Source: Curvularia clavata
Lineage: Eukaryota
Assembly: GCA_023920165.1 (NCBI GenBank)
Contig: CP089277.1
Coordinates: forward strand, 4,092,001 to 4,156,000
Direction: 5' to 3'
DNA: 64,000 nucleotides
Under the pieces are notes generated by a model. It was not told where the DNA came from. It saw nothing but the letters and a program-made list of their open reading frames with translations, and ran no database searches. Below, piece by piece: positions 50,187 through 62,937 of this stretch. The translations under genes and the position numbers were made by a program. How positions within the stretch are numbered: the stretch's first letter is position 1; the number at the start of each line of letters is the position of its first letter.

Positions 50187-53100
50187 ATGTCAGCGCATCA
50201 AGACACCGATCACATACCTGTGCCGTTCATGGCCGAGTCAATGACTAATAGCAACATCTCGAATGGTTATGACAATGGGGTTAACAGCCACACAACTGAC
50301 GATGCCATCGGCGGCAGCAATGAAATCGATATCCCCTTTAATGCTAGAAATGGCCATGACAGAGGCTATCCTCGTGTAAACGGCACGGCTAATCAGTCTC
50401 CAGGAAAATTCACTTCCAAGAGCGAATCCAACCGGGAATCATATGAACCAATCGCCATTATTGGCTGTGGGATGCGACTTCCCGGTTCTATCGACACCGA
50501 CGAAGCCCTCTGGCAGCTTTTGAGTGGGAAGCAGGACGGTCGCTGCCGGGTCCCTCTGGACCGATACAATGTTAATGCCTTTTACGGCCCTGGGAAGGCC
50601 GGCCATGTTTGCACAGAATTCGGGTAAGATAGTCGCGGCTTGATGGCACCACCATATGAACGCGCATTTACAAATCATTTAGGCACTTCCTTGAGCATGT
50701 AAACCTCACTGAAATCGATTCTTCGTTTTGGTCCATGACACGCAAGGAGATCGAAGTGATGGATCCGCAACAGCGCCTTGCTCTGGAGGTTGTTTACGAG
50801 TGTCTACAAAGCTCAGGCACCACTGACTGGAAAGGGAAGGATATTGGTGTCTTCTTTGGAATCTTCGGCGAGGTAAACCTCACAGATTTTCTCTCAGGCT
50901 TTTGGAAGATGATGGTGAATGTTTCTAACTAATCCACTAGGATTGGGCCGACATGCAAGCAAAAGAACCCCAGCAATCTGGCATGTACCGCATCAGTGGA
51001 TCTGGAGACTTTGTGGTAGCAAACAGAGTTTCGTACGAGTTCGATTTCAAGGGACCTTCGTAAGTGATTGAAACTCAACAGGCTTACCGATTGTGTGTAA
51101 TCCTATTTTTCTGACAATCATAGTGTCGTAACTCGAACTGCTTGCTCGTCCTCATTAACTGCGCTGCACGACGCCTGTCTCGCAATACAGCGAGGCGAGT
51201 GTGAGTCTGCAATTGCAGGCGGCACCAATTTGATTATGAATCCGCACATGACAATCGCCATGGCTGAGCAGGTAAGGCCGCTGAATGTTCCGTTCCCTTA
51301 GTCATTCTGCTTTGTAGGCTGCCGCGACATAGAGCTCACATGACCGCTGTGTTTCCCAGGGCGTCCTCTCAAAAGATGGGCAATGTAAAACTTTTGACAG
51401 TGCTGCCAATGGATACGTCAGAGGCGAAGGAGTCGTGGCAATCCACGTCAAGACTCTATCTGCTGCAATCAGAGACAATGACCCGATCCGAGCTGTCATT
51501 AGGTCCTCGTGCACAAATTCAGATGGCCGAACAGCTGGTATGGCTCTACCTAACTCCGAGAGCCACGAAGCACTTATGAGGCACAGCCACATATTGGCAG
51601 GCCTTGACTTAAGACAAACTGCCATGATAGAATGCCACGGAACAGGAACGCAAGCAGGTGATCCACTGGAAGCCTCTGCGGTTGCACGCGTTTTTGGCGA
51701 TTACGGTATATACATTGGCTCCATCAAACCAAACCTTGGACATTCTGAGGGGGCTTCAGGAATCACGAGCGTTATCAAGGCCATGTTATCGCTCGAAAAA
51801 AGGCTCATTCTCCCAAACATCAACTTTCACAGTCCCAACAAGAAGATACCTTTCGATAAATACGACATATCTGTACCCACTGAAGTCCTATCATGGCCAA
51901 AAGGTAAGGCAGAGAGAATCGGTGTGAACAGCTTCGGAATTGGTGGTGCAAACGCTCATGTCTTGCTCGAGTCCCCGACTCAACATGGCATCACGCGATC
52001 CCAACCATCAGAATCGAACGTGCAATCGCATTACCTGCTTACCTTTTCTGCTGCAAGTTCTGAAGCTCTCAAAAGTACTATCAAAGCACATGGGATATAT
52101 TACCAAAACCATTCCGATCGTCTTGCGGACCTCAGCTATACTCTTACAGTCAGACGGCAACCTTTGGAGCAACGAGCATTCTGTATCGTAGCAAGCGGTG
52201 CGGACCCCAATGAACCGCTCCAAATATCTCCATTCGAATCTTCACGCGAGACACGCTTAGCGACGTTTTTTTTTACTGGCCAAGGTGCTCAGTATGCGCA
52301 AATGGCAGCAGACTTGCTCTGTACCAATGTCGTTTTTCAAACCAGTGTGGCGTCAATGGAAAAGGTTTTATCCGAATGTGATCCCCCACCCACGTGGTCT
52401 TTACGAGAGGAACTTCTTAAAAACTCAGAGGAAACAAACTTGGCTCGGGCAGAGTTTTCTCAATCGTGCTGCACCGCCTTGCAAGTCGCCCTTGTTGATG
52501 TTTTGAAGTCTTGGGGCGTGAAGCCAACTGCTGTAGTTGGTCATTCGAGTGGTGAGATTGCAGCAGCTGTAAGTCAACTTGCTGACCTTTATATACGTAG
52601 GTGCTTTTGATGCTGACAGATCACGCCAGTATGCTAGTGATGTACTATCTGCTGCAGATGCAATCAAGGTCGCCTACTATCGAGGAATTGTCTCAAAAAA
52701 TGTTACGACTAATGGAGGAATGATCGCAGTCGGCCTCTCATGCAGTCAAGTCAAACCGCATCTGAGGCTAGGAGTCATTATTGGATGCGAGAATGGCCCG
52801 TCGTCTACCACTCTAAGTGGCGACTCGAACATGCTCCAAAAGGTCGTGGACAGTATCCGTGTTGAATATCCAGGGGCTCTGGTGCGACATTTACGTGTCG
52901 ATTGTGCTTATCATTCTCATCATATGAAGCCTGTGTCGTCCTCCTACGCAGCTTTCTTGTCAAGGATCCAGGCTAAGCGCCCAACTATTCCATTTTACTC
53001 CTCTGTCACAGGCGAGAAGGTACTTTCCGCTACGCTGGATGCATCATACTGGGTTTCAAACTTGACTTCTCCGGTTTTGTTTTATCAAGCAGCGTCTCAG

Positions 53101-56100
53101 CTGTTGAGCGACTTCCCGGAAGCTGTGCTCTTGGAGGTTGGCCCTCATTCAGCATTAGCTGGTCCTCTTCGACAGATAATAAAGGCCACGAATTCGGAGA
53201 AATCAAAGTATGTTAGCACGCTTATCCGAAACGAGAATGCTTCTGCCGCGATTTTGAGTAGTGTCGGCACCCTATTCCAAAATGGCGTTCCTGTACGTTT
53301 TGATCACGTAGTGCCAAAGGGCAATGTCTTGACGGACTTGCCAAAGTATGCGTGGCATAGACAAGGTCCTTACTGGAATGAGAGTCGTCTATCGCAAGGC
53401 TGGAGGCAGCGAGAATTTCCCAAGCATGATGTTCTCGGCGCGCGTGTGGTGGAAGCCTCGGAATACAACCCTACCTGGCGCTGTTTATTGAACCTCGACG
53501 ACGTACCGTGGATCCGCGATCATGACATTTCGCAAGATATTGTCTTCCCTGGGGCTGGATATGTGGCCATGGCAGGTGAGGCCATACGCCAACTGACCGG
53601 CGAAATCGATTTCACTGTGCGCGAAGTCACAATTAGCAACGCTTTAGTGCTAGTGGAAGGTGCTACAACCGAGGTAATTACTCATTTCAAACCAGTACGC
53701 TTGACGACCGCTCTGGACTCGACTTGGTACGACTTCGAAATTACATCTTACAACAGTAGCAACGGTCGTTGGATCAAGCATGCTGTCGGCCAGGCGCGAG
53801 GTGGGTGTAGCTACAAGATCAACCCACCCAAAATTGGTTCCGAGAAGCGGATGGTGGAATCGCCAAAGTGGTACTCAGTCATGAAGAGGTTCGGTCTAAA
53901 TTATGGCCCACGCTTTATGGGCATGAGAAAGATCACAGCCGGAGTTTCAGAGCGACGGGCGGTGGCTTATATCGATAATATCGCCGAGGATTGGGAAAGC
54001 TTCTATGCGATGCATCCGTGCACAATTGACTTCGCCTTTCAACTCTTCAGCGTCGCAGCTTTTAAGGGCTTATCTCGTCTGTTCACCCAATTATCCGTAC
54101 CAACCTATATCGGAGAACTTTATCTCCGGCCAACAGTCTCGGAGATGCTTGTCGCAGTAGATGCCGAACTCACCCCAAGAGGTGCATTTTTCGGAGACGC
54201 CGTCGGAATATCGCCGGATATTGGTACTGTTTTCAGGTTGAAATCCCTCAAGATGTCACCATTGACAGACTCGACCGACGTACGCGGTAACGACCCCCAC
54301 GCTGCCGCAGAGTTGGTGTGGAAACCGGACGTCAATCTGCTGGACCTTAAGGATTTAATGCATGTAACCAAACATTTTGGTGGTCTCATACTTATGGTCG
54401 AGAGAATGGCATTGGCATGCATAATCGAATCAAGCCTTCTTCTGGCGAAACGAGATATCGACGACGAGTTCTTATCAAGGTTCCGCATCTGGCTTGACAA
54501 GGTGTACCATGCTGCACTGAAGGGCGATTATGAGCCAGTCAAGGATGACAGCCACATTGCAGAAATGACCTCGACTGAACGCCTCTCAATGATTGAAACC
54601 CTACACCGAGGGGCTTTGCAGACTGACGCTTGGCCTATTTCGACAGCTGTGTATAGAATATTTCATGCCATCGAAGGCATCGCTGCTGGTACCACTGAGG
54701 CACTACAAGTGCTGCTAGAAGGCGACCTTCTAGCCCGAGTATACGATTTTCAAAGACTTTCAAACTTCGACGAGTTCTTTCAGTTGGTATCACATCAGAA
54801 GCCTGACCTCAGGATCCTTGAAGTTGGTGCAGGAACGGGTAATGCCACAGCCGAGATCCTTCCAGCCTTATCCAGCCTCAAGCCCTATAACGATCGCAAT
54901 TATCTGTCATATACATTCACGGACGTGTCACCTGGCTTTTTCGAGAATGCAAAGCAAAGGTTCAAGGACTATGACGCTATAGAGTATCGGGTGTTGGACA
55001 TCACAAAAGACCCAGTGAACCAAGGCTTTGAGGAGGGCATCTTTGATATTATCGTAGCGTCAAATGTAAGGCGACTTTTGAAAATTGCATATACAGCAAC
55101 ACCGGCTAATCATGGCACAGGTCCTGCACGCGACGCCTAATCTTGTGCAAACTCTGACCCACTGCCGAAAGCTCCTCACGACCGAAGGATGGCTCTTCCT
55201 TCAAGAGCTTTCTCCACCAGGGAAGTGGATCAATTATGTTATGGGAGTCTTGCCTGGATGGTGGCTCGGTGAGAGTGACGGCCGGATAGAGGTGAGTATC
55301 CCATTATCGAGTGAAGCCGAACGGCTTGTTTATCTAATTATTCGTTGATAGGAACCGTATCTATCCCCTCAACAGTGGGAACCATATCTTAATGCCGCTG
55401 GGTTCAATGGTATTCAATCAGTTCACCACGACGAGCAGTTGAACGCTACCATGGTGTCCCGGCCTACAAAGCAACTGAGTGCGAAGAGAGTAACCATACT
55501 CGCTAAGGACCTATCACTGAGTTACGTGGCTGAGATATCATCCGAACTGCAACTGGAATATCAGATTGATTGTTGTGCATGGGGCGATAAGTGTCCAGAA
55601 GGGCAAGACATTGTTGCAATACTCGATCTGGAAGCTCCATTTATGCACAACATTGACGACGCGCTTTTTTCTCAGTTCAAATGTTTTTTGTTGAAATTGA
55701 AGCAAGATGGTGATGGAATTCTATGGGTGACCGGTAATGCGCAAAACAATTGCTCAGATCCGCGATACGGCTTGTTTCTGGGGTTTGCAAGAACATTGCG
55801 GACGGAGCTCGAACTCCATCTAGGGATATTGGAGTTGGACAGCTTTGGAAAATCTGCTTGGAAATCGATCCCAAAGGTCTTCTCCAGATTTCAAGACCGC
55901 GCTTTCACCGAAATATCTTCGAAGAAACCTGATATGGAATGGGCTTTCGTAAAAGGCGAAATAATCATTCCACGATTCCACTGGACATCGGTAAACCAAG
56001 CACTGGCCGCGCCTCGATTAAAAGAACAAGCGCAAAAGCTCGAAATACAGAAGCGGGGAATTCTGAGCTCACTCTACTGGAAACAATACACGCCGGCTGA

Positions 56101-58645
56101 ACCTCAAGGTGCGTCTGAACCGAACGGTATGTATTGCAAAAGTGATGAACACTGATACTACATTTTGGATGTCACAGGCGATTACATCCGCATACGAAAT
56201 CACGCAGTAGGGCTGAACTTTAAAGATGTCCTCATTTCGATGGGAGTTGTCGAAGGTACCGTCATAGAGGGAGACGGCTTAGGGTCTGAGAGCGCGGGAA
56301 TTGTGGAAAAGGTGGGGCCAGAGGTAAAGAATTTGGCGGTAGGAGATCGGTGCATAGTTTTTGCAAGCGGTGCATTCGCAACATCTGTAACAGCTAGCGA
56401 GAAGGTTTGTGTAAAGATACCAGACTCTCTATCTTTCACAGATGCAGCGTCCATGGCTACAGTCTACTGCACGGCCATATACTCTGTTGTCGATAAAGCG
56501 AGACTCGAGAAAGGACAGGTCAGCAAACCCTTTCCTTTTTGGTGACTGCTCTACTAATTCATGGTCAGACGATTCTTATCCATAGCGCATGTGGAGGTGT
56601 TGGTATTGCAGCTATTCAAGTGTGGTATGTGCATTCTCTAATACTGACGCGCAAGTACGCTAACAGAACGCGCAAGTCGGGCCTTTGGTGCAGAGGTGAG
56701 TAGCATCCTTTTCAAAAAGTGAGAATTCATTTAATCAAATCTATCAGATTTACTGTACGGTTGGAAGCGAAGAAAAGGTCAAGTGGTTGATGGAAAACTA
56801 CCATATTGCAAGGGACCACATATTCAACTCGCGCGACCAAACCTTTCAACGGGATGTACTAGAAGCTACGGCAGGCAGGGGCGTCGACGTCGTGCTGAAT
56901 TCAGTGCGTCACCTCTTACCTTTCTATTATTGTTTTTCCCACTTACCAACAAACCATAGCTATCTGGAGAGCTTCTGCATGCTAGTTGGCAGTGCGTGGC
57001 TGAATTCGGGTGCATGGTTGAGATTGGCAAACGTGATCTTATTAATAAAGGCAGCCTTGCTCTCGACCTTTTTGAGCGTAACAGGTCTTTTTTTGGAGTC
57101 GATTTTGCACAAATATGTGGTCAAAAACCAGAAATTGCTTCAAGGAAAGTGTAATTCCATACCATGGTTATGGATGTAGATTTGACTGAATTTTAGGCTG
57201 CTCAAGAAGATGATGGAAATGTTCAAACGGGGTGATATTGGGCCTATTCATCCAATCACTGAATTTCCAGCCAGTCAGATTGAAGATTCGATGCGTTTCA
57301 TGCAAAAGGGAAGTCACATCGGCAAAGTGGTCGTCTCACTTCCAGAGACTGCCGAGTTACCCAGTAAAACGGGCAAGGAAGTCCTCCAGCTACGTAAGAA
57401 CGCTTCATATCTCCTCGCTGGTGGATTAGGAGGTCTTGGTCAGGCTGTTGCAGTTTGGATGGCGGAAGCCGGAGCGACCGAGCGTGAGTTTTCCGTGAAT
57501 AAACAATGAGAGGATATTGTGTTAACATATTTGATAGTCATATTTCTCTCCCGATCCGCTAGAGCCGAGGAGACTTGCAGCAACTTCGTTGCGGAACTAG
57601 AAGGGCTGGGTTGCAAAGCAATCATAATCCAAGGAAGCGTTATCAACAAAAACGATGTTGAAAAGTCGATGCGCGCTGCAACAAAACCTCTTGCTGGAAT
57701 CTTACAAGCATCAATGGTACTACATGTAAGTTGGCCATAGCTCCAAAAGATAGCCCAATTACTGATACTGGATGACAGGATGTTGCTTTCCCATCAATGT
57801 CATTCAAAGACTGGAAAAGGGTTATCGAGCCCAAAGTAAAAGGAACTTGGAATCTTCACAACGTCTCCGTAAACTTTGGTCTCAACCTGGACTTCTTTCT
57901 ACTCTTCAGCAGCTGGAGTGGCCTTTTTGGACAATGGGGTCAGGCAAATTATGCCGCAGGCAATTCATTTCTTGACTCTTTTGCCCAGTACCGACGAAAC
58001 ATGGGTTTAGCAGCTTCCACAGTAGACATTGGCATTATGGAAGATATCGGATATGTCAGCCGTAACGCTCACGTACTCGAGCATTTCCGCACCACCTCAA
58101 CCCACGTCCTACATGAACAAGACCTGCTGGACTCACTTCATTTGATGATCAATCGAGGTGCACCAAAATCGACTGAGAAATGCCAGCTCGCCATTGGACT
58201 ACGTTCCACTCAGCCTCTATCTGCACCAAACAACCGCACTATATGGAGAAAAGATCCGCGCATGTCTCTGTACTTTAACACAGAGAGACACGTTGGTGCG
58301 ACTGTGGCAACAAACAGCGACGAACTTCGACAATTTCTCGTAGACGCGGCTGAAGATATTGCAATCTTTGACAACGAAGAGTCAACCAAATACATCGCAA
58401 CAGAAATTGGAAAAACGTTGTTTGCCTTTTTGATGAGAGATGTCAAATCTCTTGACATTACTGATTCTTTGAGCGCATTGGGAGTCGATTCGCTTGTTTC
58501 GATCGAGTTGAGGAATTGGTTTAAGCAGCGGTTGGGCTGTGAGATAACTGTTCTTGACATCTTGGGCTCGTCGAGTATTTTAGAGCTTGGACAGCATACT
58601 GCGACGCTGCTGAAAACAAAGATGACAAGCTTAAAGTCTTGTTAG
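50187..58645 (+). CDS. Highly reducing iterative type I polyketide synthase (KS-AT-DH-cMT-ER-KR-ACP)
   Basis: KS TACSSS / ECHGTGT / [16 protein letters not shown] / [30 protein letters not shown] / [26 protein letters not shown] / YAAGN; ACP GVDSL. About 15 introns including a 19-nt exon (56677-56695). Confidence 0.95.
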
Positions 58646-59871
58646 TGTCTTTTTAGCACATAGATGGCGTAGATAGTTGTACGCTTGGCTTGGTGAGCCC
58701 GCCCATTACAACTCGCTTATCCAACACGTTAGCCTAGGAATACTATAAGAAAATAACAATGTATTCCCTTCTATACACGTAACACAATTAGAGGATGATA
58801 GTGTTTAATTGACCCTGCGCACGAACCAATTTTCACGCACTAATAGTGTAGTAACTCAGTTTCTGATATTTATAGGGCGCGCCGCTCGTTTATACGCGCT
58901 ACTCACTTGTAAACGACATTATATTGTAATGTTTAAAGAAGAGCTTCTAACTCTCTTATCTAAATAACTCATTTACCTATCACATTATTGACTATGACAA
59001 AAGTGTGTGATATTGTCTCGACATTAGCCTGCTGGTGGTTCGTGACTAACTCACTTGTAAGACGGGTTGTCACTAAATTTCATCCTATTGTATTACTTTC
59101 TTGTAGATTAACTGAGCAGAAAGTCGCGTCGGTTCGGGTGGGGTGGCTAACTTACTGGTGTGCACATTAGTTTGCTGGCATCTTCTTGGCATGCACGAGC
59201 TATGCGCTTGCTAATGCGTATTGGTCTTGGTGATTTTTTGAACCTAACCCGCAACTCCCCATAGCGAGAAGGATTGCGGCACAGTGGCCTAGGCTGAATC
59301 TTTGAAACTGCGTACGGTCGAGTCGCGTGTTAGCAGTTTATAGGTATCTTTGAGAGTGTATTACAATTGCCTTTCCTAACTAAGTTTACCTCTTAGACCC
59401 AGGTCCTGAACCCTAGTTAAGACTCCTAGGGCTAGAAATGTGAGTCTGGATACCCCAACTATAGATAATATGGCAAACATTTCGTTATCTATCTTTTCTT
59501 ACGAGCAGAAATTAGGTCGTGACTGACTTTGATTCAACCTTTTTAGGTTGCAGACTTTAATCCCGCAGTTTAATATAGTCTAGCGAACCCTAGTTATTAG
59601 TCTGCCAACTATGGGGCTATGCTAGGTAAATCACACGAATAGCAGGTGATTCTAGGCCATAAAGTCATAAGACCGTGATAGTGGCTTGCAGTATATTTGT
59701 TATGCCAAGAGCATCGATTGTAGCTTTTATACATGGTTTAGCGCACACACAGTTGAGGTATTTACATCTTCTTTTTTGCCTAGCTCTAGCACTTAGTTTC
59801 ATATCAACCCTAGGACGTTTAAGCATCATGTCGAAAACTCAATTCAATATTAAGGGTAATATATATAGAAT

Positions 59872-60162
59872 ATGAGTGACAACAAGCTGACACAATCAGG
59901 CGATAAGATCATCACAAGTGATGAAAAGTCTGAACATTCTATGGCAGCACTCCTCAGTGGCTCTAAAGAAACTGTTGGCAGCAAGGCAAGGACTTTATGG
60001 AAGCAACTCAAAGAAGAAAACAAAGCAAGAAAAACGAATATTCAACACGTTACTAGCAAAGAGGCAACAGCAATTACAGGTTACGGGGACAATAGCTCAA
60101 AGTCTGACAATAAAGATGGGAAAGGTGATAAGCGAATTGCAGCAGCATTTTCTCTATTTTAA
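59872..60162 (+). CDS. Small hypothetical hydrophilic protein (96 aa)
   Basis: Open 96-codon frame in AT-rich DNA with protein-like charged helix (LWKQLKEENKARK) and a TATA-like AT run just upstream. No recognisable family. Confidence 0.45.
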   Translation: MSDNKLTQSGDKIITSDEKSEHSMAALLSGSKETVGSKARTLWKQLKEENKARKTNIQHVTSKEATAITGYGDNSSKSDNKDGKGDKRIAAAFSLF

Positions 60163-60565
60163 AGTTTAATCGCTTTGCTCTAGCTCTGTCGTATAGGTAT
60201 ACTCTATTATAAAAACTGTATGGAATGTATATACAAGTTGATTTCAATACACAGTCTATCATACATTTCTACAAGTTTCTAACGAACACTGTTGTTACCT
60301 ACATCAGGTAAATGCTATTTATCCAATTTTCAGGAGTGCAATTTGCGGCTTCCTAACGACTGCCAATAGGTCATTACTACTTCTACAGAAAGGGCTGAGC
60401 AAGATTGCTGTAGGTGACGTTTAGACTAGATAGTACGTATTAACTATCCTCTAATATAATAAGACAAGTACATATCAAGGTTTTTGTTATCTGGTAGATA
60501 TTGTTTATATCTTGTGTTCATATATCTATAGTCTAATACTGACTTTAAGTATTTATACTAAACAG

Positions 60566-60774
60566 TGTTAGGACCTGGCTTAATTTGGGCCAGTCCAGAC
60601 CAAGTTTCTCCAACTCTGGCCCGATTAATCATCTAGGGCCTGCTTAGGGCTATAAAGTTCTAGTAATCGCTAGAAACACTCGATAGTGATTTTTCTCGTG
60701 AATATATGGCTGTTAAGGTATAGCACCCTCTCATCTGTGTCGTGCTGTACCACTATCCTACTAACAGTCTAACA
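60566..60774. mobile_element. Solo LTR (209 bp) with perfect 5-bp TSD
   Basis: TGTTAG...CTAACA termini; AACAG at 60561-60565 and 60775-60779; homologous to 62153-62342. Confidence 0.85.
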
Positions 60775-61176
60775 AACAGCAGGAATGACCTCTCAGGCTT
60801 GACGGAATTGAGATGGCGATAGGTACTGTGTTAGCTGAGGACTCCCTATTGAGCGAACTCATTATCAAGACTTAGATCCAACCCATTGATCTAAACAAGT
60901 TAGAAGATACCACGACCCCTGAGTCTGCCAGAATCCCAGAATCCTTCACTTGGCAGCACCTTCAACGTAACAAGTAGTATGCGGTGATGTGGCGTAGTAC
61001 CTACCTTTGATCGTGTCACATGTCTTGGCTGACTATACTTATTTCAAGCTTTTAGATTAGTGCTATATTAACAACTACGCTCATGTATATAAAGGTCGGC
61101 TCTTCAAACACGAATCTACTACTCACACCTCACACTCTCAACAATCACACTACAATCGAATCCCCAACCCTTCTGA

Positions 61177-61458
61177 ATGCTTTTTTTTGCAAAGAAAACG
61201 CGTTTCACCGCCGCCATTCTAGTAGCCTTGATCACTTCATTCCTTTCCACTGTTGTAGCAGTCTGTTGCAACGAATGTGGGGATATCACAAATGCATGCA
61301 TTGGTCGATGCGTAGCTGGAGGCAAGAGCAAGCGCATCTGTGGGAAGATTTGTTATGGAAAGTTTGTAAGCATCGAATATCCTTACTAGATTATCATATA
61401 GCATTTGAATCTGACAACCAAGTAGCAAGGCTGTGCTTATGGATGTAGTAAACGCTAG
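61177..61458 (+). CDS. Small secreted cysteine-rich protein (effector/antimicrobial-peptide candidate)
   Basis: TATATAAA at ~61086; signal-like RFTAAILVALITSFLSTVVA; CCxxC..C..C..C..C. Intron 61366-61425 (GTAAGC..CTGAC..TAG) adds QGCAYGCSKR*. Confidence 0.7.
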
Positions 61459-61848
61459 GTAGGACTGACTGAGTCCAGAAGGCAAGGAGCAGGGTAGCAA
61501 GTTGGTTTTGATATTGAGCGCAGAGTTAAACGATATCAAGGTGCATTCACTGAATCAATATGTGCATGAGCCAAGCCCAGACCCTACTAGCTACTCCTTG
61601 TCAGAATTTGATACAGGCTGGACGACTCGGGACTTGATTGGGACATCTTCGACTGGTCTGACTTCTTGTTGATTAGTAACAATTCAACCCAGTATATCAA
61701 TAGTACGCAATGGCTAGAGTAGCTGGCTAGTAGTCTGCTTCATGTCAATATAGCTATGTATTTGCGAACCACTCCTTTTGAGTTATTGAATATAGTTACC
61801 TACTTTAGAAGATCAGCTTACTATTTTATAGTGAATTCCTAACTAATA

Positions 61849-62035
61849 TGAGGTGCAGGTTATCCCATAACCCGCGCCGAATTAGGCTTAAAATTGGGCT
61901 TTCCGTCTGCATCGGGCTATCGTGACCCTCTAAATCCGCGCTGTTTTGACACCCATAAGTCGTACTATTTAGACTTAGCGTTAGAGTTCACTTGACTCTA
62001 GGTATGCCCCAATATAGGCTCTAGATATCGTTACA
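61849..62035. mobile_element. Possible additional degenerate solo LTR
   Basis: TG...TCGTTACA ends, 187 bp, flanks TAATA/GAATA (4/5 match). No second copy in the window. Confidence 0.3.
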
Positions 62036-62152
62036 GAATATACAGTGACTAACAAAAACCTTTTTAGTCTCTCTAATAGTAACGCAAAACTCGCAGCTTT
62101 ATATATGTATATAAGTATACAGAGTAGTTACCATATATAAGATTAGAGCTAG

Positions 62153-62342
62153 TGTCAGGATCTGGCCCAAATTAGACCAATCTAGCCCAATCTTAGTTAG
62201 CAAGAGACTACCTAAGACTATAAATTTGTAGTAATTAATAGAACATTTTGATAGTGATTCGACTCGTAAATATATAGCTGTTAACGGATAGTTCTCTTCT
62301 ATCTATCTCATGCTGTATTATTAACCTACTCATAGTCTAACA
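62153..62342. mobile_element. Second, more degenerate LTR copy of the same family as 60566-60774
   Basis: TGTCAGGA...AGTCTAACA; alignable with the first copy, with many C>T and G>A differences. No TSD seen. Confidence 0.8.
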
Positions 62343-62937
62343 CCTGTTTATTTCAAACGATTGTCTTATCAACATATTTTCTTTTGTATTGATAAAATAG
62401 AGCTGTTGAGTTGTTATAAAAGAAACTTCAATATCAACATATTTACTTTTTTAGAAGCGGTGTAGTATTTCTTCTTATACAGTGGAAAGTCGGTGAATAG
62501 TATATGATTTAGATTTGAGACTTACTGTAAGAGATGTAGCAGGTATTAGATTTTCAGCTGTATTAAAACACAGCAGCAGTATGAAAATACTTGACCCAGC
62601 TCCATCTAGGCCACCACGCGCTCAAGAGAGACAGTGTGCTGGAGCTGATTAGAAATGTACATGTGATATAGTAACAAGAATGTTATAATAGTTATTATAC
62701 AAGTTCTTAGGTTTTTTCTTTCCAACAATGAGACAGGGGCTTTGTGTTGTACAGATACTCAGTCCTAGTAGCCTAAAAGGTATCCAACGGAACCCAAGAG
62801 CTGTACTTTGGACCTTATATTATGATCACGTGAAAATGAGTTACCTATATCTACTGATTAGTAAAAAGATAGTTAAAACTATTTCGAGAAACTGTATAGA
62901 ACTATACAGTTAACTTAAAAGATATGAAAACTAAATC

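Noticed and set aside
59380..59680. CTAG-rich segment resembling a RIP-degraded LTR or TE fragment
   Set aside because: Could not define both termini, a TSD or a second copy.
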